A program made the position numbers and the translations under genes. Of a stretch of DNA of 64,000 bases, positions 1 through 14,547 are shown piece after piece. The stretch is from NCBI RefSeq assembly GCF_001194135.2, contig NC_068985.1:106124643-106188642 (forward strand). Direction: 5' to 3'. Position 1 is the stretch's first letter, and the number at the start of each line of letters is the position of its first letter. This DNA is from Octopus bimaculoides (lineage: Eukaryota). Under the pieces are notes generated by a model that did not search any database, was not told the DNA's origin, and saw only the letters and a program-made list of their open reading frames with translations.

Positions 1-62
1 ATACATATATATATATACATATATATATATATACATATATATATATACATATATATATATAT

Positions 63-109
<47 letters not shown>

Positions 110-212
110 CACATATATGTGTGTGTGTGTGCATATTTCTACATTTATATGTATGAGTAGCACAGTCTGTAGTGAACATGGTTTTCTATACTTTGTCACT
201 GTCCACTTCCTT

Positions 213-768
213 CCATCATCTTCATTGTTTAACATCTGTTTTCCATGCTGGCATGGGTTGGATGGTTTGATTAAGGTCTGGAGAGCCAGCAGCTGCTCCA
301 GGCTCCAATCTGATCTGGCAATGTTTCTACAGCTAGATGGTGCTTTTTATGCGCCACTGGCACAGGAGCCAGTCAGGTGGTCCTGGCATCGATCACATTC
401 AGATAGTGCTTTTTACATTCCACTGGCATGGGAGCCAGTCAGGAGACACTGGCATCGACCATGTTCGGGTGATGCATTTTATGTGCCACTGAAACAGGAA
501 CCAGTCAGGGGGCACTGGCCACAGCTACGATTTTGGTTTTACTTGACTCAACAGGTCTTCTCAGACATATCATATTGCCTGATGCATCAAGGGTACTCTT
601 AAATGGGCCGGACATACAACATTGGCATCGGCCATGACTGCGATCTCACTTTAGTTGCTGGGTCTTCTCAATCACAGCATATCTCCAATGGTCTCAGTCT
701 CCTGTCATTGCCTCTGTGAGGCTCAATGTTCGAAGGTTATGCTTCACCACCTCATCCCATGTCTTCCT
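213..768 (-). mobile_element. RTE-clade LINE 3' fragment with ~66-bp tandem units
   Basis: Same ccatgctggcatgggttggatggttt end and ORF-end (LGLTEAMT-like) sequence as the RT-bearing copy at 51.7-54.0 kb. Shorter tails of this family lie near 1845, 3600, 9195, 38490, 39320, 49070, 59440 and 63140. Confidence 0.75.
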
Positions 769-1172
769 GTTGTTAATAAATATTTTTTGATAATAATAAT
801 ATCCATTATATAAGGAAAACCTTATAAACAGATTACATTATGATATCATCAGAGATTGTGCAGCACACTTAAATAACTTCTTAGATTTATAATGGGCTTT
901 AAGTAATGTTATGGTATCTGACTGGAACTACTATCAATAACCAATGGAAGAAAACATGGACTGTAATACAAATTCTCATAGCTTTCTGTTTTGATGTAAA
1001 AGAATGCTCATGGAATTCTAAATGCTAGTTATATGTCATGCAATTTAAATTTAAATCACACACACATACATATACACTTATGCATATATTTCTATATATG
1101 TATGAGTGTATGTGTGTCTGTAAAAAATATATATGTATGCATGTGTGTATATTTATGTTTGTATGCATGTAC

Positions 1173-1215
<43 letters not shown>

Positions 1216-1225
1216 NNNNNNNNNN

Positions 1226-1267
<42 letters not shown>

Positions 1268-2627
1268 GTATGTAAAGTACTGTTCAAATATAAATTATAA
1301 AAGCTTTATTTGTTTTAGTTGTAATTAACTAAGCCATGAGACTTAATTGGTAAGCAGTTTATTACTTTTGATTTAAATCGGAACTGTGAAAAATAGCCAT
1401 GATTAAAGCACTGTATCACTATCACAGACAGAACCATTTGAAGTCATTAATTGTAAATATTGTAAATGCATATTCTAATTATAGTCTTAGTCACACTTAA
1501 ATCAACCCACACATTTCCTTCTCCGGATTACAGCATGTATTCAATCCACTACAGCCATCCACTTCAGCCGTCCACTACATCATTCATGAATCTAACAGAG
1601 GAGACATTATGGTTTCAACAATACAAAAATACATGTACCATTCTTATCACTGACATCATTAGATTGACCTCATTACCAGCTCAACATATACGAAGCTCAA
1701 TATCGTTTCCAAGGAATAACAGAATTTTTAGCAAACTGTCTAGTGTACAAAAACCAACAATTCTGCAATTTGCAACTTTCCCGAATGAGGTACAGATTCT
1801 AGAATCTGTCCTGTCACTCACTCTTTTCAAACTATACAAACTATACATCTAATCCATGCCAGCATGGAAAATGGATGTTAAATGATGGTGATGATGATGT
1901 ACATGACCCCCCCCCCCCCNNNNNNNNNNNNNACATACTCCAAACATGTGTGTGCACATGCATGTGCGCACACACACACACACACACAGAGGCAGACAGA
2001 GCTTCATAAGCAGCAGACATCAGATTCATACCCTTCCACCAGTTGCACAACTACCCGTTTCTTACATTAGTCACCCAGACACCTGGTTCCAGAATAACAG
2101 ACTTAGAGTAGCACTTCCTAAAAATCCACTGTCTTCCATAACCAGCCATAATAGAAAACATCAACTGCAACTAGCCATCACACCCAACAATATAAACATA
2201 CTACACACACACACACACATGATGTACCCGGAAGGAAGGAAAATACTGAAAGTTATACACAACCACTCCACAACATTCACAATACACATAGCAGACATGC
2301 TAGAGAAAGCAAAACAACATAAATATACGTAAAGCAGTCACAGAAACCATATTTAGCCAATAGAAAGAAAGAACAGTGCCAGACAATGCCTTAGTTCTAT
2401 CATTTATTATGCCAGCCCTGCCTAGGGCCCTAATCACTCTTCATAATAAACTACAATAAGATACAAAGAACACAAAACAGTGGCACTTAACATTGTAATG
2501 GATCTGTACAGACTACCCCTCCCCCAACAGACCACCTACACACAAAACAAAATTATTAAAAAGAAAGACCATCTGGGTATATAAGGTGTCAGCTTATTGC
2601 TGCAACACAATTTAATCCTTACTGTCC

Positions 2628-2655
2628 TTGTGTGTGTGTGTGTGTGTGTGTGTGA

Positions 2656-2714
<59 letters not shown>

Positions 2715-2737
2715 TGTGTGTGTGTGTGTGTGTGTGT
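2628..2737. repeat. (TG)n microsatellite, representative of many (TA)n, (CA)n, (TAA)n and (CAT)n tracts
   Basis: Directly visible. Others include 1-130, 8430-8550, 51605-51672 and 62593-62690. These generate most of the spurious YIYI/CVCV/THTH ORFs. Confidence 0.95.
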
Positions 2738-3282
2738 ATGCATGCATGTATGATGATTGCTTCATCTTGTCAGATGATAGCCATCTCATGTCCAGCCTGA
2801 TTGTTCTGATTCATTTTCATTCCTATAGGTGTGCGAATGTGACTTTTCGTGCTACACATCTATTGCTGTAAGTCTTTATAAAATACAAAATGGATCAAGA
2901 AATGAAATGATAGTGAGTCATCTGTATGTCATTGGATTTAAGTGGCAAAAACTAGTATGGCACTTTTACCACTCCCTTGGTCACCTTAGTAGGTTCCAGT
3001 GATAGTCATTGCAAGATGACTGGTACTGTTTTGACTGCAAGTCTTATATCAGAGTATCTTTCTCTTGGAAGAATTTCCTTCCTCATGGCTTTGTCAAAAA
3101 TAACAGGTATCTCCTCTACCCTTAGGAAATCTATGTAATCCATAGATGAGACCCTGACAGAGACTTGTTCTGGGTCAGAATAGACCTGGGGGTAATAGCA
3201 ATTAAGAGGCCATGCCATGCTTGCTACAACTCCAGAACTGGATCTTCACTACTGGATGCAGTTTATATCTAAAAACACATGC

Positions 3283-3313
<31 letters not shown>

Positions 3314-6300
3314 TGCACACACACACCAGATATTTATACCACCAAGGGTATAAATATGATGCTGTATTGTGGGTACAAGCATGGCTGTGTGTTTAAGAGG
3401 TCTTCTTACCAACCACATGGTTTGGGGTTCAGTCCCACTGCATGGTACCTTAGGCAAATATTTTCTACTATAGCCCCATACCAACTAAAGCCTTGTGAAT
3501 GGTTTTGGTAGATAGCAACTGAAAGTAGCTCCTCATCATGTGTGTGTATGTGTTACCTTGCATGGAAATAAGTGAGGGTTGACAACATGAAGAGCATTTT
3601 GCAGTAGAAAACCAGCCTTGTTGAACTCCAACTGACCCATGCAAGCATGGAAAAGTGGACATAAAAACAATGACAATGATAACATAGTGGTAGTCACTCC
3701 TTCAGGGCATCATTTAGGAAACCCAAAAGATACTCACATTTTAATTCTCCTCCGTTTACTCTTTCTATATAAATATGCTTTGTTTTGTCTAAATGTAAAA
3801 ATGTATTGACTATTCAATTCTATGTTGACAGTATATTAAGTTCAATTATAATGAATTTTTAATAAGTCTGTTTTGAATGAAATACTTGATGGGTCATGCT
3901 TTCAAAACATACTTATTTCACTGTAGTATATTTATGTTAACTTCAACAATTATATGATTTTTGCTGCAGCCTCAAATATTCTTTCATCTATGCCCTGTCC
4001 TCACCCCACTAGAACCTGCATCAAGCACTTTGTCTAACTTTTCCACCCTAGAATTGAATCTTTGTAGAACTCCCTCATTCTTGATATCATCCCCTAAACC
4101 ACTGAGCTTCAACTGCTTAAACAGAACATTAACCATATTAACTTAGTTATTCCTATTTATTCAGTTTTGGAGGGTCTGGCATTATTTCACTTATCTCCAA
4201 TTATAAGATTGATAACAAATGTTGCTGTTTTGTTTAGCACCATCACATTGCCAAAAAGTAGGTCTTTGCATTCTCTTGTGCTACAGTTTTGGTTACAATG
4301 TGTGCCTGTTCTCTCTAAATTGCTGTTAAGACTTACATAGCTGAAAACAGGTTGCTGTTAATGACCTTACGAGATGTTGGTTATCTTAGCCAAGTTCTTT
4401 GAAGTCTTGTAGCATTAATGTTGGGGAAGGGTGAGAAGGTGGTGGAAATTCTCAAGGAATGTATTTCTCGAACCATTTTAGTGCTCAAATATTATTATGG
4501 AGTAAATATATTTTGGGAGTAAAAAGAAAACTAATCAAATGTAAATAACTTTGTAAGACCCCCAAAAGGAGCTTGTAAATGAGAAAATCTGCTTCTGGAT
4601 TGTATTCCAGTTTATTATTGGTAATACCCCAGTCTATATGGCTCTTGTTTCTGACAGCTAGGTGTACTGCAGAAACAGAAGGCAAAGTGTTTTGCCCAGA
4701 AACATCAAAAGATCATCTAATTATCTCTGGGTAGGTACCTCAATATGTTTCCCATTTAACCATCTCATCTCTGCAATATTTAGTTGTGAATTTGATTTGG
4801 TATATCACAGTATTTAGTTATGTCTCTTTACAGTCACCTCCTATAAAGTTGACTGTAGGTTGTAAGTGTTAGTTTTGGTTCAAGACATATTAAACATGCT
4901 AATAACACATAAAAAAATTCCTATATATTGAACCAAAGCCAATACTTGCAACCTACTGTTTTGAAATATTTCCTAATAGTCTTATGCAGCTGAGTATAGC
5001 TCCAGACCTGTATTTTAAATAAAAATTCTGGAGAACTTAAATCATATATATATATTACTCCTGCCTCTGACTCTGGTATTTGTCCACCTTTATATTTCAG
5101 CTCAGCATGTCTTCTGATAAGCTATTTATTCAGAGCCTTGCCTGTCTTAACTGTCTGGTTATTTATTTACAGATATATTTACTTTGACCTTCATCTGCTC
5201 TTATCAAGAAGGAAATTCCCTCTCCCACCTCCCTTTCATTATATTGATACTCCTTATCTGCACTGTTGTGTATGCGTCTCCAAACAACAGTGTGAATAGG
5301 AATAATGATTTTATATAGTTACCTCCTGCCCCATTAGAGTTTCAGGGTGTCTATGTTTGGGGTTGGGAGATGGGAAGTTAGGGAGTTGCAGTTTTCATGG
5401 CTACTCTGAGGGTATTTATGCTATAGGTGGATTAACTTTATGATTTCTTATGTAGAAGTTATTGTTTTTGTGTGTGTCTTAAGGGGTCAACAGAGTAGAG
5501 GTAGGAATAAATGGGATGGCATTGTAACTAAGTAGTATACACACATGATAAAGTATATTGAGTTCAAGGTGGTTAGTTTTAAAGGGTACACCAAGCTGAG
5601 GTGGGCTTACATTGGAGTTAATTTATAAGTAGAGTGTACACGAGGATAGAGGTGGGATGGGATCTGTATAGGTGGAGTAGATTATAAGGCAAGGAAAAGT
5701 TTTAAATGACGAATCTCGAAGGGTGGTCATAAGATTTATGCTTTGTTGACCTTCCTAACCCTCACCATCACAATACACACTTGCACACATACCACATTGT
5801 CACAACATACATCCTGAGATTTATGGAGTTTATACCTATCAAAAACATGCTTCATAGTGGTTCCTATTGGTGGTTCTACCGAAGACTGCTGGGGGATTAC
5901 TGTAAAGGTTCTGGAAGTATTTCTTCCACTTGTATAATCATTGTTGCAGATTTGTGGCTTTTAGATTCAGCTTATTTGTACTTTCCTTGCCACTAATTTC
6001 ATTGGCATTTTGCCATTCTAGGGATGATTGCTTGTTTCTTGCTGCATGCACCATCAAATCTATTTTGCTTTCAATATATTTCTGTTATTCGATTTTGTAA
6101 GTGTAAGATCTTGCTGAGACTTTTTCTGAATTTAGTGATATTTTTTGCTGAGAGGTTTAGTTAACTTTAAATGAGTAGCAGCATTCTTCAATGAATTGTG
6201 CATCTTAGCAAATACTTCCAACTCCTCTGGGACTCAGTGTTTGATTTTAGTTGTGAGAAGAAGACATTCTTCTGCAATATGTTGTTGAGAGAAGACAAGG

Positions 6301-6599
6301 TTACTATATGTTGCATTTAGAGAATTGATTTCAGTTTCTGCTTGCATTTTCGTTCTGGAGAGTTTGTCACTGTAGTAGATTTTTAAAAAGTACTTGACTA
6401 CATAACCAACACCATAGTTGGGCACATCCCTGATTATCTGCACATCTGAGATGCAGGATGGAGATGTGATTTTAGTGCAAGTCATTTGAAAGTTGTATTC
6501 TCTCATTGCTCTAGAAAGTAAACTTAGACTTTTGGTAAAAAATTACAGAGGGATTATTCTTACAATAAAATGTTGCTGAAACATATACAACCATAACCA

Positions 6600-7450
6600 A
6601 AGCAGGTCTTATGAAGAAACTAAAATGAGTTCAGGAAAAATTGGTCTATTGTTGGAGAGATATTTACAGTCAGAAGAATAATTGAGGAGTCGGTAAAAAA
6701 AAATCTACAAGCAATTTTATTGTTGGTTTGAAGAATTCTCGGAAACTTTTGATTATTCATCAAGGCAAAATGGAGCAAATTCTTCTTACACACACTCAAG
6801 AAATAGTAGCAACAATAATGACATTTTACAATAACACAAGAAATTTTAACATTTCTTTGACATTAAGTGTTTTGCAAGGTGATATGCTTGCACTATTTCT
6901 CTTTTATCCTTTGCACTTTGACAAAATTAAAGAATTTGACTTCACTCTAGCAAAATCCCCTTCCCTTTACTACCCAGTTCCTACATTACTGATTATATTG
7001 CTCTCTTTGTAGACTCATCTCAAAAGTTACTATTCTTATGCATAATCTTGAAAATACAGCAGAAGATATTAATCTTTATGTCAAAAACTCAAACACTGAA
7101 TATTTCTGCTACAATCAGAAGGGATCATAAAGCACAGCCAAACAAAACCTAACATCTGTAGACTCTGTTGTATACATTGGAAGTAACATTGCATCCACAC
7201 AAATGGGTGTAAAAATTCATTTCATGAAAGCACAGGCTGTTCTTGATTGTCTCAGTGTCATCCAGAAGTCATCACTAATTAAGTAAAGCTTCTTCTATAC
7301 TCCTGAGAAATCAATACCATTAGATGGATCCACTGCATGAACACTCACCAAAAACTTTGAGGCAAAATTTGATGATGTTTTCTCTCTCATGTTTGTGTCA
7401 TTCTGAATGTCTTGTGAATAAAAGCTTCTGACCAAACAGGTTCAGCATAG
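6600..7450 (+). mobile_element. Highly decayed RTE-like reverse transcriptase remnant
   Basis: Fragments SVLQGDMLALFLF and YIGSNIAS resemble GVLQGD.LAP.LF and YLGS.I motifs. Many stops and frameshifts. Confidence 0.5.
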
Positions 7451-8430
7451 TTAAATTTCTAGGAATAAAAGATTGTTTCCATGATGTAACTAGGAAAAGA
7501 GCCCACATTGGTCATCTAAAGATGGTTATGCATAATGGTTGTCTCTTAAGTATCCCTTTTACCTTGTATCATTTTTTCCGTGAGTTGCATCTCTTTTTTG
7601 TTTTGGCTTACAGAGTCCATGTTTTCTTCCAGGTTGATTAAAACAGGACCCTTTTTTGTATGTTGTTGGGTATTTGCCTAGTTACCTTATGTATTGCCTA
7701 GTTACCTTAAGTATTGCTGAAAAGCTACTCTCTCTCTGATGTCTGGAGAAAGTTGAGTTACCATGGAAGGTAGGAAGTATTTAGTTACCACGGGAACTGG
7801 AGCTGTCAATTTAAGGCTTTTGAGAATAAAAGGTTATCTTTGCTACATAGGTGGATTAAGAGAGCTTATAGTTTTAGCATGAAGTGGTTGAGAATGAGGC
7901 TCTCTCTGCTATGTCTGTGGAAAGGGGTCTTTAAATACTGAGGGAGCTTATTGTTATAATCTACTGACATCTGGGTATTGATGGTTGTTGTTTAGATCCA
8001 GGTGGAGTTGATGTATGATTGATGGCATTTCAGCCATCTTATTTGTTATGTGTATTTCTTTTTTTAAAGCAGTAGGGTGGAATTCAAAGGAATTTAGTTG
8101 CTATTTTGAGCTAGGTTGTCTAGAATGATAGAGAGACAGAAGTGTGTGTATGCTGACCTGCAGTCGACACCATTTTTGTAAGCTTTCAAGAAATATTTTT
8201 TGCTGTGTGCATTAATATATATATTGGTAGTATTAAATATGTTATAATCATCAAAAATTATCGATAATAATTGCTTCTGATTTAGGACAAGGCCAGCAAT
8301 TCTTTGAGGGGAAGAGGGTGTTAGATGACACTATCAGCCCATACTAGACTAGTACTTCATTTTATCAACCCTGAAAGGATGAAAGACAAAATTAGGCATT
8401 TTTCTGGTGTTCTAATCATTCTATCAATCC

Positions 8431-8467
<37 letters not shown>

Positions 8468-8503
8468 GGCATTTTTCTGGTGTTCTAATCATTCTATCAA
8501 TCC

Positions 8504-8537
<34 letters not shown>

Positions 8538-8870
8538 CAACAACAACAATTAAATAATAGGGCAGAATATAATTGTAATAGTTAAAAAAATATTTTGTCC
8601 ATGCTAACTTGCTTTTTTTATTTGTTAAAGATGAAAAAAAAAAAAAGATGATTCTCTGATGTTTCAAACCATTTATGATAAATGTCATCATAATGTTGAT
8701 AGGAGGAAGGAGTTTGGGGATGGTATAGCAATCACATGATTTGATAGTGTGCAGGATATCTGATAGTATTGATTTATCAACATAACAGTAGACTTGCTAT
8801 CATTACGAACACCAACAAATGGGTTTGTGGGGAGGGACAGAGCAAGTAGTGGCTGTTGTTGATTTTGAGT

Positions 8871-8909
<39 letters not shown>

Positions 8910-9194
8910 CATGTGTGTGTGTGTTTGTGTTTGTGTCTAGGCAGGAAGTGGTGGACAGTATATCTATGCCTTCATAGGTTGGTCAGCTAGCCATATGGTC
9001 ATGCCTTACTGGTCATAAACTAGGCAGCATTGAATTGTTCTAGGTCAGCTCAGTAACTGCTTTACTGGGAGACTAGCAAAACTTAGGACTACAGACAGGA
9101 ATGAATGTGTGAGTAGTCAGTACAGTAAATGATGGTCTTGTGTAAATAACGTGATGAAGGGTTATTTGGGTTAATAAATTCACCAGAGGTTACC

Positions 9195-9227
<33 letters not shown>

Positions 9228-9490
9228 CCATCGTCATCATCTACTTTCCATGCTAGCATGGGTTGAATGGTTTGATAGGATCCAATGAGTTACAAGGCCA
9301 TGTCATGTTCCAATGTCAGCTTCAGCATAGTTTCTATGGCTGAATACCCTACCTAACACTCATCATTTTGTAGAGTGTATTGCATGCTTTTTTATGCCAC
9401 TGGTCCTGAGTAACATGAAAGACAGTGAAAGAACAGGGAAAAACAAAAAAGCCCCTGCTACTAAAAAGGAAGTATTTGAGTGGGGAAGGT

Positions 9491-9760
9491 GGCTTTATCT
9501 GGGCTGACAAATTGCCAAAGTGGTTATTTGGGCAAAGTAACCGGGGATTGTCTTAGCAGATAAAAGGAGCAAGGCTTATCTAGAAAAATGTAATGACTGA
9601 GACCAGGGTTTATCTGGGCAGATAAAGTAACCTGGGAGTTATATGAGCACGCAATGTGACTGAAGATTATCTGAATAGGCAAAGTGACTGAGGCTTATCT
9701 AGAAAGATGGGGTTTATCTAGGTAGGTAAAGTGGGTGAGGACTGCCTGGTCTGGCAAAGC
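9491..9760. repeat. Degenerate ~28-bp minisatellite, about 9 units
   Basis: Consensus approximately ggcttatctgggcagataaagtgactga. Confidence 0.6.
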
Positions 9761-10204
9761 AGACAACAGTGTCACTTGGTCATACAAAATGAACAAAGGG
9801 TTTTGTCAGGGCAAAGCGAAGAGATTGAGTTATTATGTGGGCAGATAAATATGTGGTAAAATATACTTAAAAATCAGATATTGACTGAAAATCCAAGAAA
9901 TACCAATATATACTAAGTTGATACTCATTATCAATAATTCAAAGGCAATTTTGAAAATTCTTTGAAATCTCCTCAAAAATGTGATCATAGATAGTTGAGT
10001 GAAAAAGATACCAGTCAGCCTTCTGAGAGAGGTTGTTGGTTCATATCCTGTCAGTGGCACTCGTTATGTTCATGATTGAAGCACTTCACTTCAGAATAAC
10101 TGAATCCATCTTGTTGCTCTGAGTAGCAATACTGTTAGCTTACGGTTCTGAATTCAACTCATGTGGATATATAGCTTGCAGGGAAATGGTATCTGCCAGT
10201 TTGA

Positions 10205-10424
10205 CCCTTTAGCATTCAGATTACTCTGTCAAATGCTCTACTTACTTATTCACATTGCTTTGAATTAACCATGCATTATCTTGTAGCTAAGACATTTTCA
10301 TGATGTAATTATTTAGGTTTAGAAAGACATTGTAGGTTAGGTGTGAGAGGCTAGATCTGGCCAGTTTTAACATAAAATTGGTAGAATATTTAGGGCGGAT
10401 ATGGCCGGTTTGAATGCTAAGGGG
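10205..10424. mobile_element. piggyBac-like MITE (CCCTTTAGCATT TIRs)
   Basis: ccctttagcattc...gaatgctaagggg followed by TTAA. Related copies at 14956-15174, 22251-22454 and ~58015-58207. Confidence 0.7.
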
Positions 10425-11001
10425 TTAACGGAAGAAGGAGTTTTTTTAGTGGTGACTATATAACTTGGCATGTTAAGAAACATAATTGCTCATCATGTTA
10501 GAGGATTAATCAGCTCATATAAAATAAAGAGATCATGATATGATTGTCAAAGATATTACAGCACTAGAAGTAGGTATGTCTTTGTAGTGCAGCATATTGC
10601 CACAATATTGTATATCTTGATTTACAGTGGAGTTATACTGTGAAAATATCTAATAGCTAGCTTCCTTCGTGGAATATGTCACCAGGGTATGCTTAACAGT
10701 TTAGCGTTTTGTCAAAGTGTAAGATAACTGAGAATGTAGCCTCACCTAACAATTAATACAATGATAACAAAAGGATAAAGATCCTTCTTGAGTCATATAG
10801 ACTCATAGGGCTGGTTTTCATGATGTATATATTCCCCATTTGGACAGGACACCGATCTGTCACAGGGTTACTCATTTTTGCCTGCTGAATGAACTGGAGC
10901 AACATGAAATGAAGTGTTTATAATGATGTCATATTAACTATCAGCATGGTGAAATGTTAAACCAATGATAATAACACTCAGACTTTGTTTGTCTTTTTCA
11001 G

Positions 11002-11137
11002 ATTGTGGATCAAAGGAGGTCCTTCAAAATAGAACTGGAAACATATCATTTGCCAAAATCTCCAGTGGTCCTCAAAAGAAATTGTGCCAATACATTTGGT
11101 TTATACGGGCACCCCAGAATGGAATAGTTACAATAAA
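11002..11137 (+). CDS. LRP12: LRP12/LRP3/LRP10-like receptor, first visible exon: N-terminal half of CUB domain
   Basis: Acceptor tttttcag at 11000-11001, donor gtaagc at 11138. Translates xCGSKEVLQNRTGNISFAKISSGPQKKLCQYIWFIRAPQNGIVTI (CUB CG...G.I...C.W.I.AP pattern). Phase 1 to 2. Too short for the ORF track. Confidence 0.85.
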
Positions 11138-13639
11138 GTAAGCAGCTATTTATATCTTTCTTCCTTGACTAGTTGATGTTCATTTTCTGGTTGCTTGACT
11201 ATGTCCTTCTGTCTTGTTCAAAGAGTTGTTTTATTCATTTTTTTCCATGTTCTCTCTCACAATCTTTTGGCTAGGCTGGACTTCAGGTTTCCTTCATCCA
11301 CTTTTTGCTTGCAGACTGTAGATATTAATGCTGCACATCAGCCATGTCTGTCTGAGAGGGCCTATACAAAGTTATGGGCACTGTCCTGCCTCTCCTAACT
11401 ACCTTATAACACAATTTAATGTACAGCACTGCTTCACATGTTAGTGAAGGTGCTCCTCTCTTACTCTGTCTGTCTCTCCCTCTGTCTGTCTGTCTGTCTC
11501 TTTTCAAAATAAATCTTTAGTCTGATGAAGTGAAGCAGTGCTCCAAGCTCTTAAAAGTCCACCAAGCAAAGAAAATATAGTTAATGTTGAAATTGAATTT
11601 CATGAGTTCTAATAAAGTTGGATAGCGGTTGCAATTTTGGCTGGTTATACTTGAGATTGCTCCAATCTGGCCAGCCCCAAGGAAAAACTAAGCTAACTGT
11701 CTGGATGTTTTGCGTTCTTATCCCATATTTTGTATTCCTTTTTATATACATATGGCAGCGTACGTACACGTTGGTCTCTTATATGTAAGTACATCTATAT
11801 ATATATAAATTTTGTAAGACTCTTGTATTCTTTCATTCTTTCTTTCTTTCTATCAGCCTCTTCACATTTACTTCGTTCTTTCCACTCTTCTTTCTTGCGT
11901 TCCTCCTCTCTCACATTTCCTGGCTTTCTCTTCATTTTCACTTTCCCTCCTCTTTCATTTCACTCTGTCCCTTTTCTTTGTGTCTGTGTTTGTCCCCCCA
12001 CCATCACTTGACAACGGATGTTGCTGTGTTTACATCCCTGTAACTTAGCAGTTCAGCAAAAGAGACCGATAGAATAAGTACTAGGCTTACAAAGAATAAG
12101 TCCTGGGGCCGCAATCACATGACTGAGACAAGTAAAAAAAAAATAAAAGAATACACAAGGTTTTCATGACGAAACCATTTTAAAAAAACTTTTTCTACTT
12201 ATTTTTTACTGCTAACCAGATCAATATCAAATATTAAATATTTTTGTTAGATTTGTCATTGTTGCCATAAATAANNNNNNNNNNNNNNNNNNNNNNNNNN
12301 NNNNNNNNNNNNNNNNNNNNNNNNNNNNNNNNNNNNNNNNNNNNNNNNNNNNNNNNNNNNNNNNNNNNNNNNNNNNNNNNNNNNNNNNNNNNNNNNNNNN
12401 NNNNNNNNNNNNNNNNNNNNNNNNNNNNNNNNNNNNNNNNNNNNNNNNNNNNNNNNNNNNNNNNNNNNNNNNNNNNNNNNNNNNNNNNNNNNNNNNNNNN
12501 NNNNNNNNNNNNNNNNNNNNNNNNNNNNNNNNNNNNNNNNNNNNNNNNNNNNNNNNNNNNNNNNNNNNNNNNNNNNNNNNNNNNNNNNNNNNNNNNNNNN
12601 NNNNNNNNNNNNNNNNNNNNNNNNNNNNNNNNNNNNNNNNNNNNNNNNNNNNNNNNNNNNNNNNNNNNNNNNNNNNNNNNNNNNNNNNNNNNNNNNNNNN
12701 NNNNNNNNNNNNNNNNNNNNNNNNNNNNNNNNNNNNNNNNNNNNNNNNNNNNNNNNNNNNNNNNNNNNNNNNNNNNNNNNNNNNNNNNNNNNNNNNNNNN
12801 NNNNNNNNNNNNNNNNNNNNNNNNNNNNNNNNNNNNNNNNNNNNNNNNNNNNNNNNNNNNNNNNNNNNNNNNNNNNNNNNNNNNNNNNNNNNNNNNNNNN
12901 NNNNNNNNNNNNNNNNNNNNNNNNNNNNNNNNNNNNNNNNNNNNNNNNNNNNNNNNNNNNNNNNNNNNNNNNNNNNNNNNNNNNNNNNNNNNNNNNNNNN
13001 NNNNNNNNNNNNNNNNNNNCACACACACACACACACACACACGAACACACGGCATGCTTTTTCAGTTTCTGTCTACCAAATCCACTCACAAGACTTTAGT
13101 CAGCCTGGGGCTGTAGAAGAAGACACTTGCCTAAGGTGCTATGCAGTGGAACTGAACCTGGAACCATGTGTTTGGAAAGCTAATTTCTTACCATACAACC
13201 ACATCTGAGGACAGGGTTTAGTAAAAAAAAAAAAAAACCCTGATGTATGCCATATTTATTTTGTTTTATATCTCCTAGTGTAGTTAAGATGTCGGCCTGC
13301 TCAACCGAGAGTCTTTAAATCATCATCCCCTTTCACTGGTTTTGAACAATACCTATCTATAACCAAGATACTTAACACTTGTGGTTCAATTTATCTATCT
13401 GTAAACAGGGGCTGTGGGTGGCCACAACCTCCTACTTATGGGGTGTATGGGATGACTTGTGTTATTGACAAATCTTTAGTTAACTTGCAGTAATGAGTTC
13501 AGATCCTTGCAAGTATATTTTGGAGGGAGTTGAGCTCCATGAATAGTTAAACCTAAAATACACTTAAATACCAACTACCTAAAGATGAAGCTTCACTGAT
13601 ACCCTAGTAACTTCCTGCTTGGTATTTTTTTTTTATTGC

Positions 13640-13870
13640 TTGTTTCAGTCATTAGACTGTGGCCATGCTGGGGGACTGCCATAAAAAATTTTTTAGCTGA
13701 ACAAATTGACCTCAGTACTTATTTTTTTAATGTTTTTAAGCCTGATACTTATTTTATCCATCTGTTTTGCTGAACTGCTAAGTTACAGCGACATAAATAC
13801 ACCAACACCAGTTGTCAAGCAGTGGTGAGTGACAAACACAGACATAGAAACATACACACACACACATGTA

Positions 13871-13943
<73 letters not shown>

Positions 13944-14345
13944 NNNNNNNNNNNNNNNNNNNNNNNNNNNNNNNNNNNNNNNNNNNNNNNNNNNNNNNNN
14001 NNNNNNNNNNNNNNNNNNNNNNNNNNNNNNNNNNNNNNNNNNNNNNNNNNNNNNNNNNNNNNNNNNNNNNNNNNNNNNNNNNNNNNNNNNNNNNNNNNNN
14101 NNNNNNNNNNNNNNNNNNNNNNNNNNNNNNNNTTTATATATTATTTATATTATGCACACACACGCATACATATACATACATACACACGACAGACTTCTTT
14201 CAGTTTCTGTCTACCAAATACACTCACAAGGCTTTGGTCATCCTGAGGCTATAGTAGAAGACACTTGCCCAAGGTGTTATGCAGTGGGACTGAACCCAGA
14301 ACCATATGGTTGAGAAGTAAGCTTCTTACGCACAGCCACAGCTGT
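13640..14345 (-). mobile_element. Bipartite tRNA-derived SINE with internal microsatellite (partly gap)
   Basis: Matches the near-intact copy at 38755-39080. Heads or partial copies also lie at ~3390, 11980, 13040, 16290, 21430, 23915, 32850, 33845 and 49420. Confidence 0.75.
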
Positions 14346-14547
14346 GTCTGTTAAGAATATAGTTGGTAAGTCAAGAATAAGTTGGTAATTAACTTCATCA
14401 AATGTAGATCATAAAAATTTCTTTCTCTTCTGGAGCGTAAAGTAAATTTTTATTTAATTTTGTTAATGTGTTTCTTCTGGTTCCTTTATATTTTTATTTA
14501 TTTATTAACTGAATTTTGAAATATTTCTCAACTTTCGCCACTTCCAG

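Noticed and set aside
117-602. 161-aa ORF with repeated FYxPLAxEPVR
   Set aside because: It is the antisense translation of the RTE 3' UTR tandem units.
1033-1328. ORFs rich in YIYI, CVCV or THTH (here and throughout)
   Set aside because: They are translations of (TA)n and (CA)n microsatellites, often through N runs.
3006-3218. Protein-looking 70-aa minus ORF
   Set aside because: No recognisable motif or splice context; probably a decayed TE or chance.
1-11001. Search for the LRP12-like signal-peptide exon
   Set aside because: No convincing ATG plus hydrophobic segment with a phase-1 donor was found; it probably lies upstream of the window.
11522-11560. CTGATGA followed by a weak hairpin (possible hammerhead)
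   Set aside because: No GAAA or NUH at the required positions.
12227-13089. Long ORFs spanning N gaps (also 30738-31999, 40074-40576, 46324-47448)
   Set aside because: Artefacts of N translation. Only 47275-47466 within the last one is a real exon.
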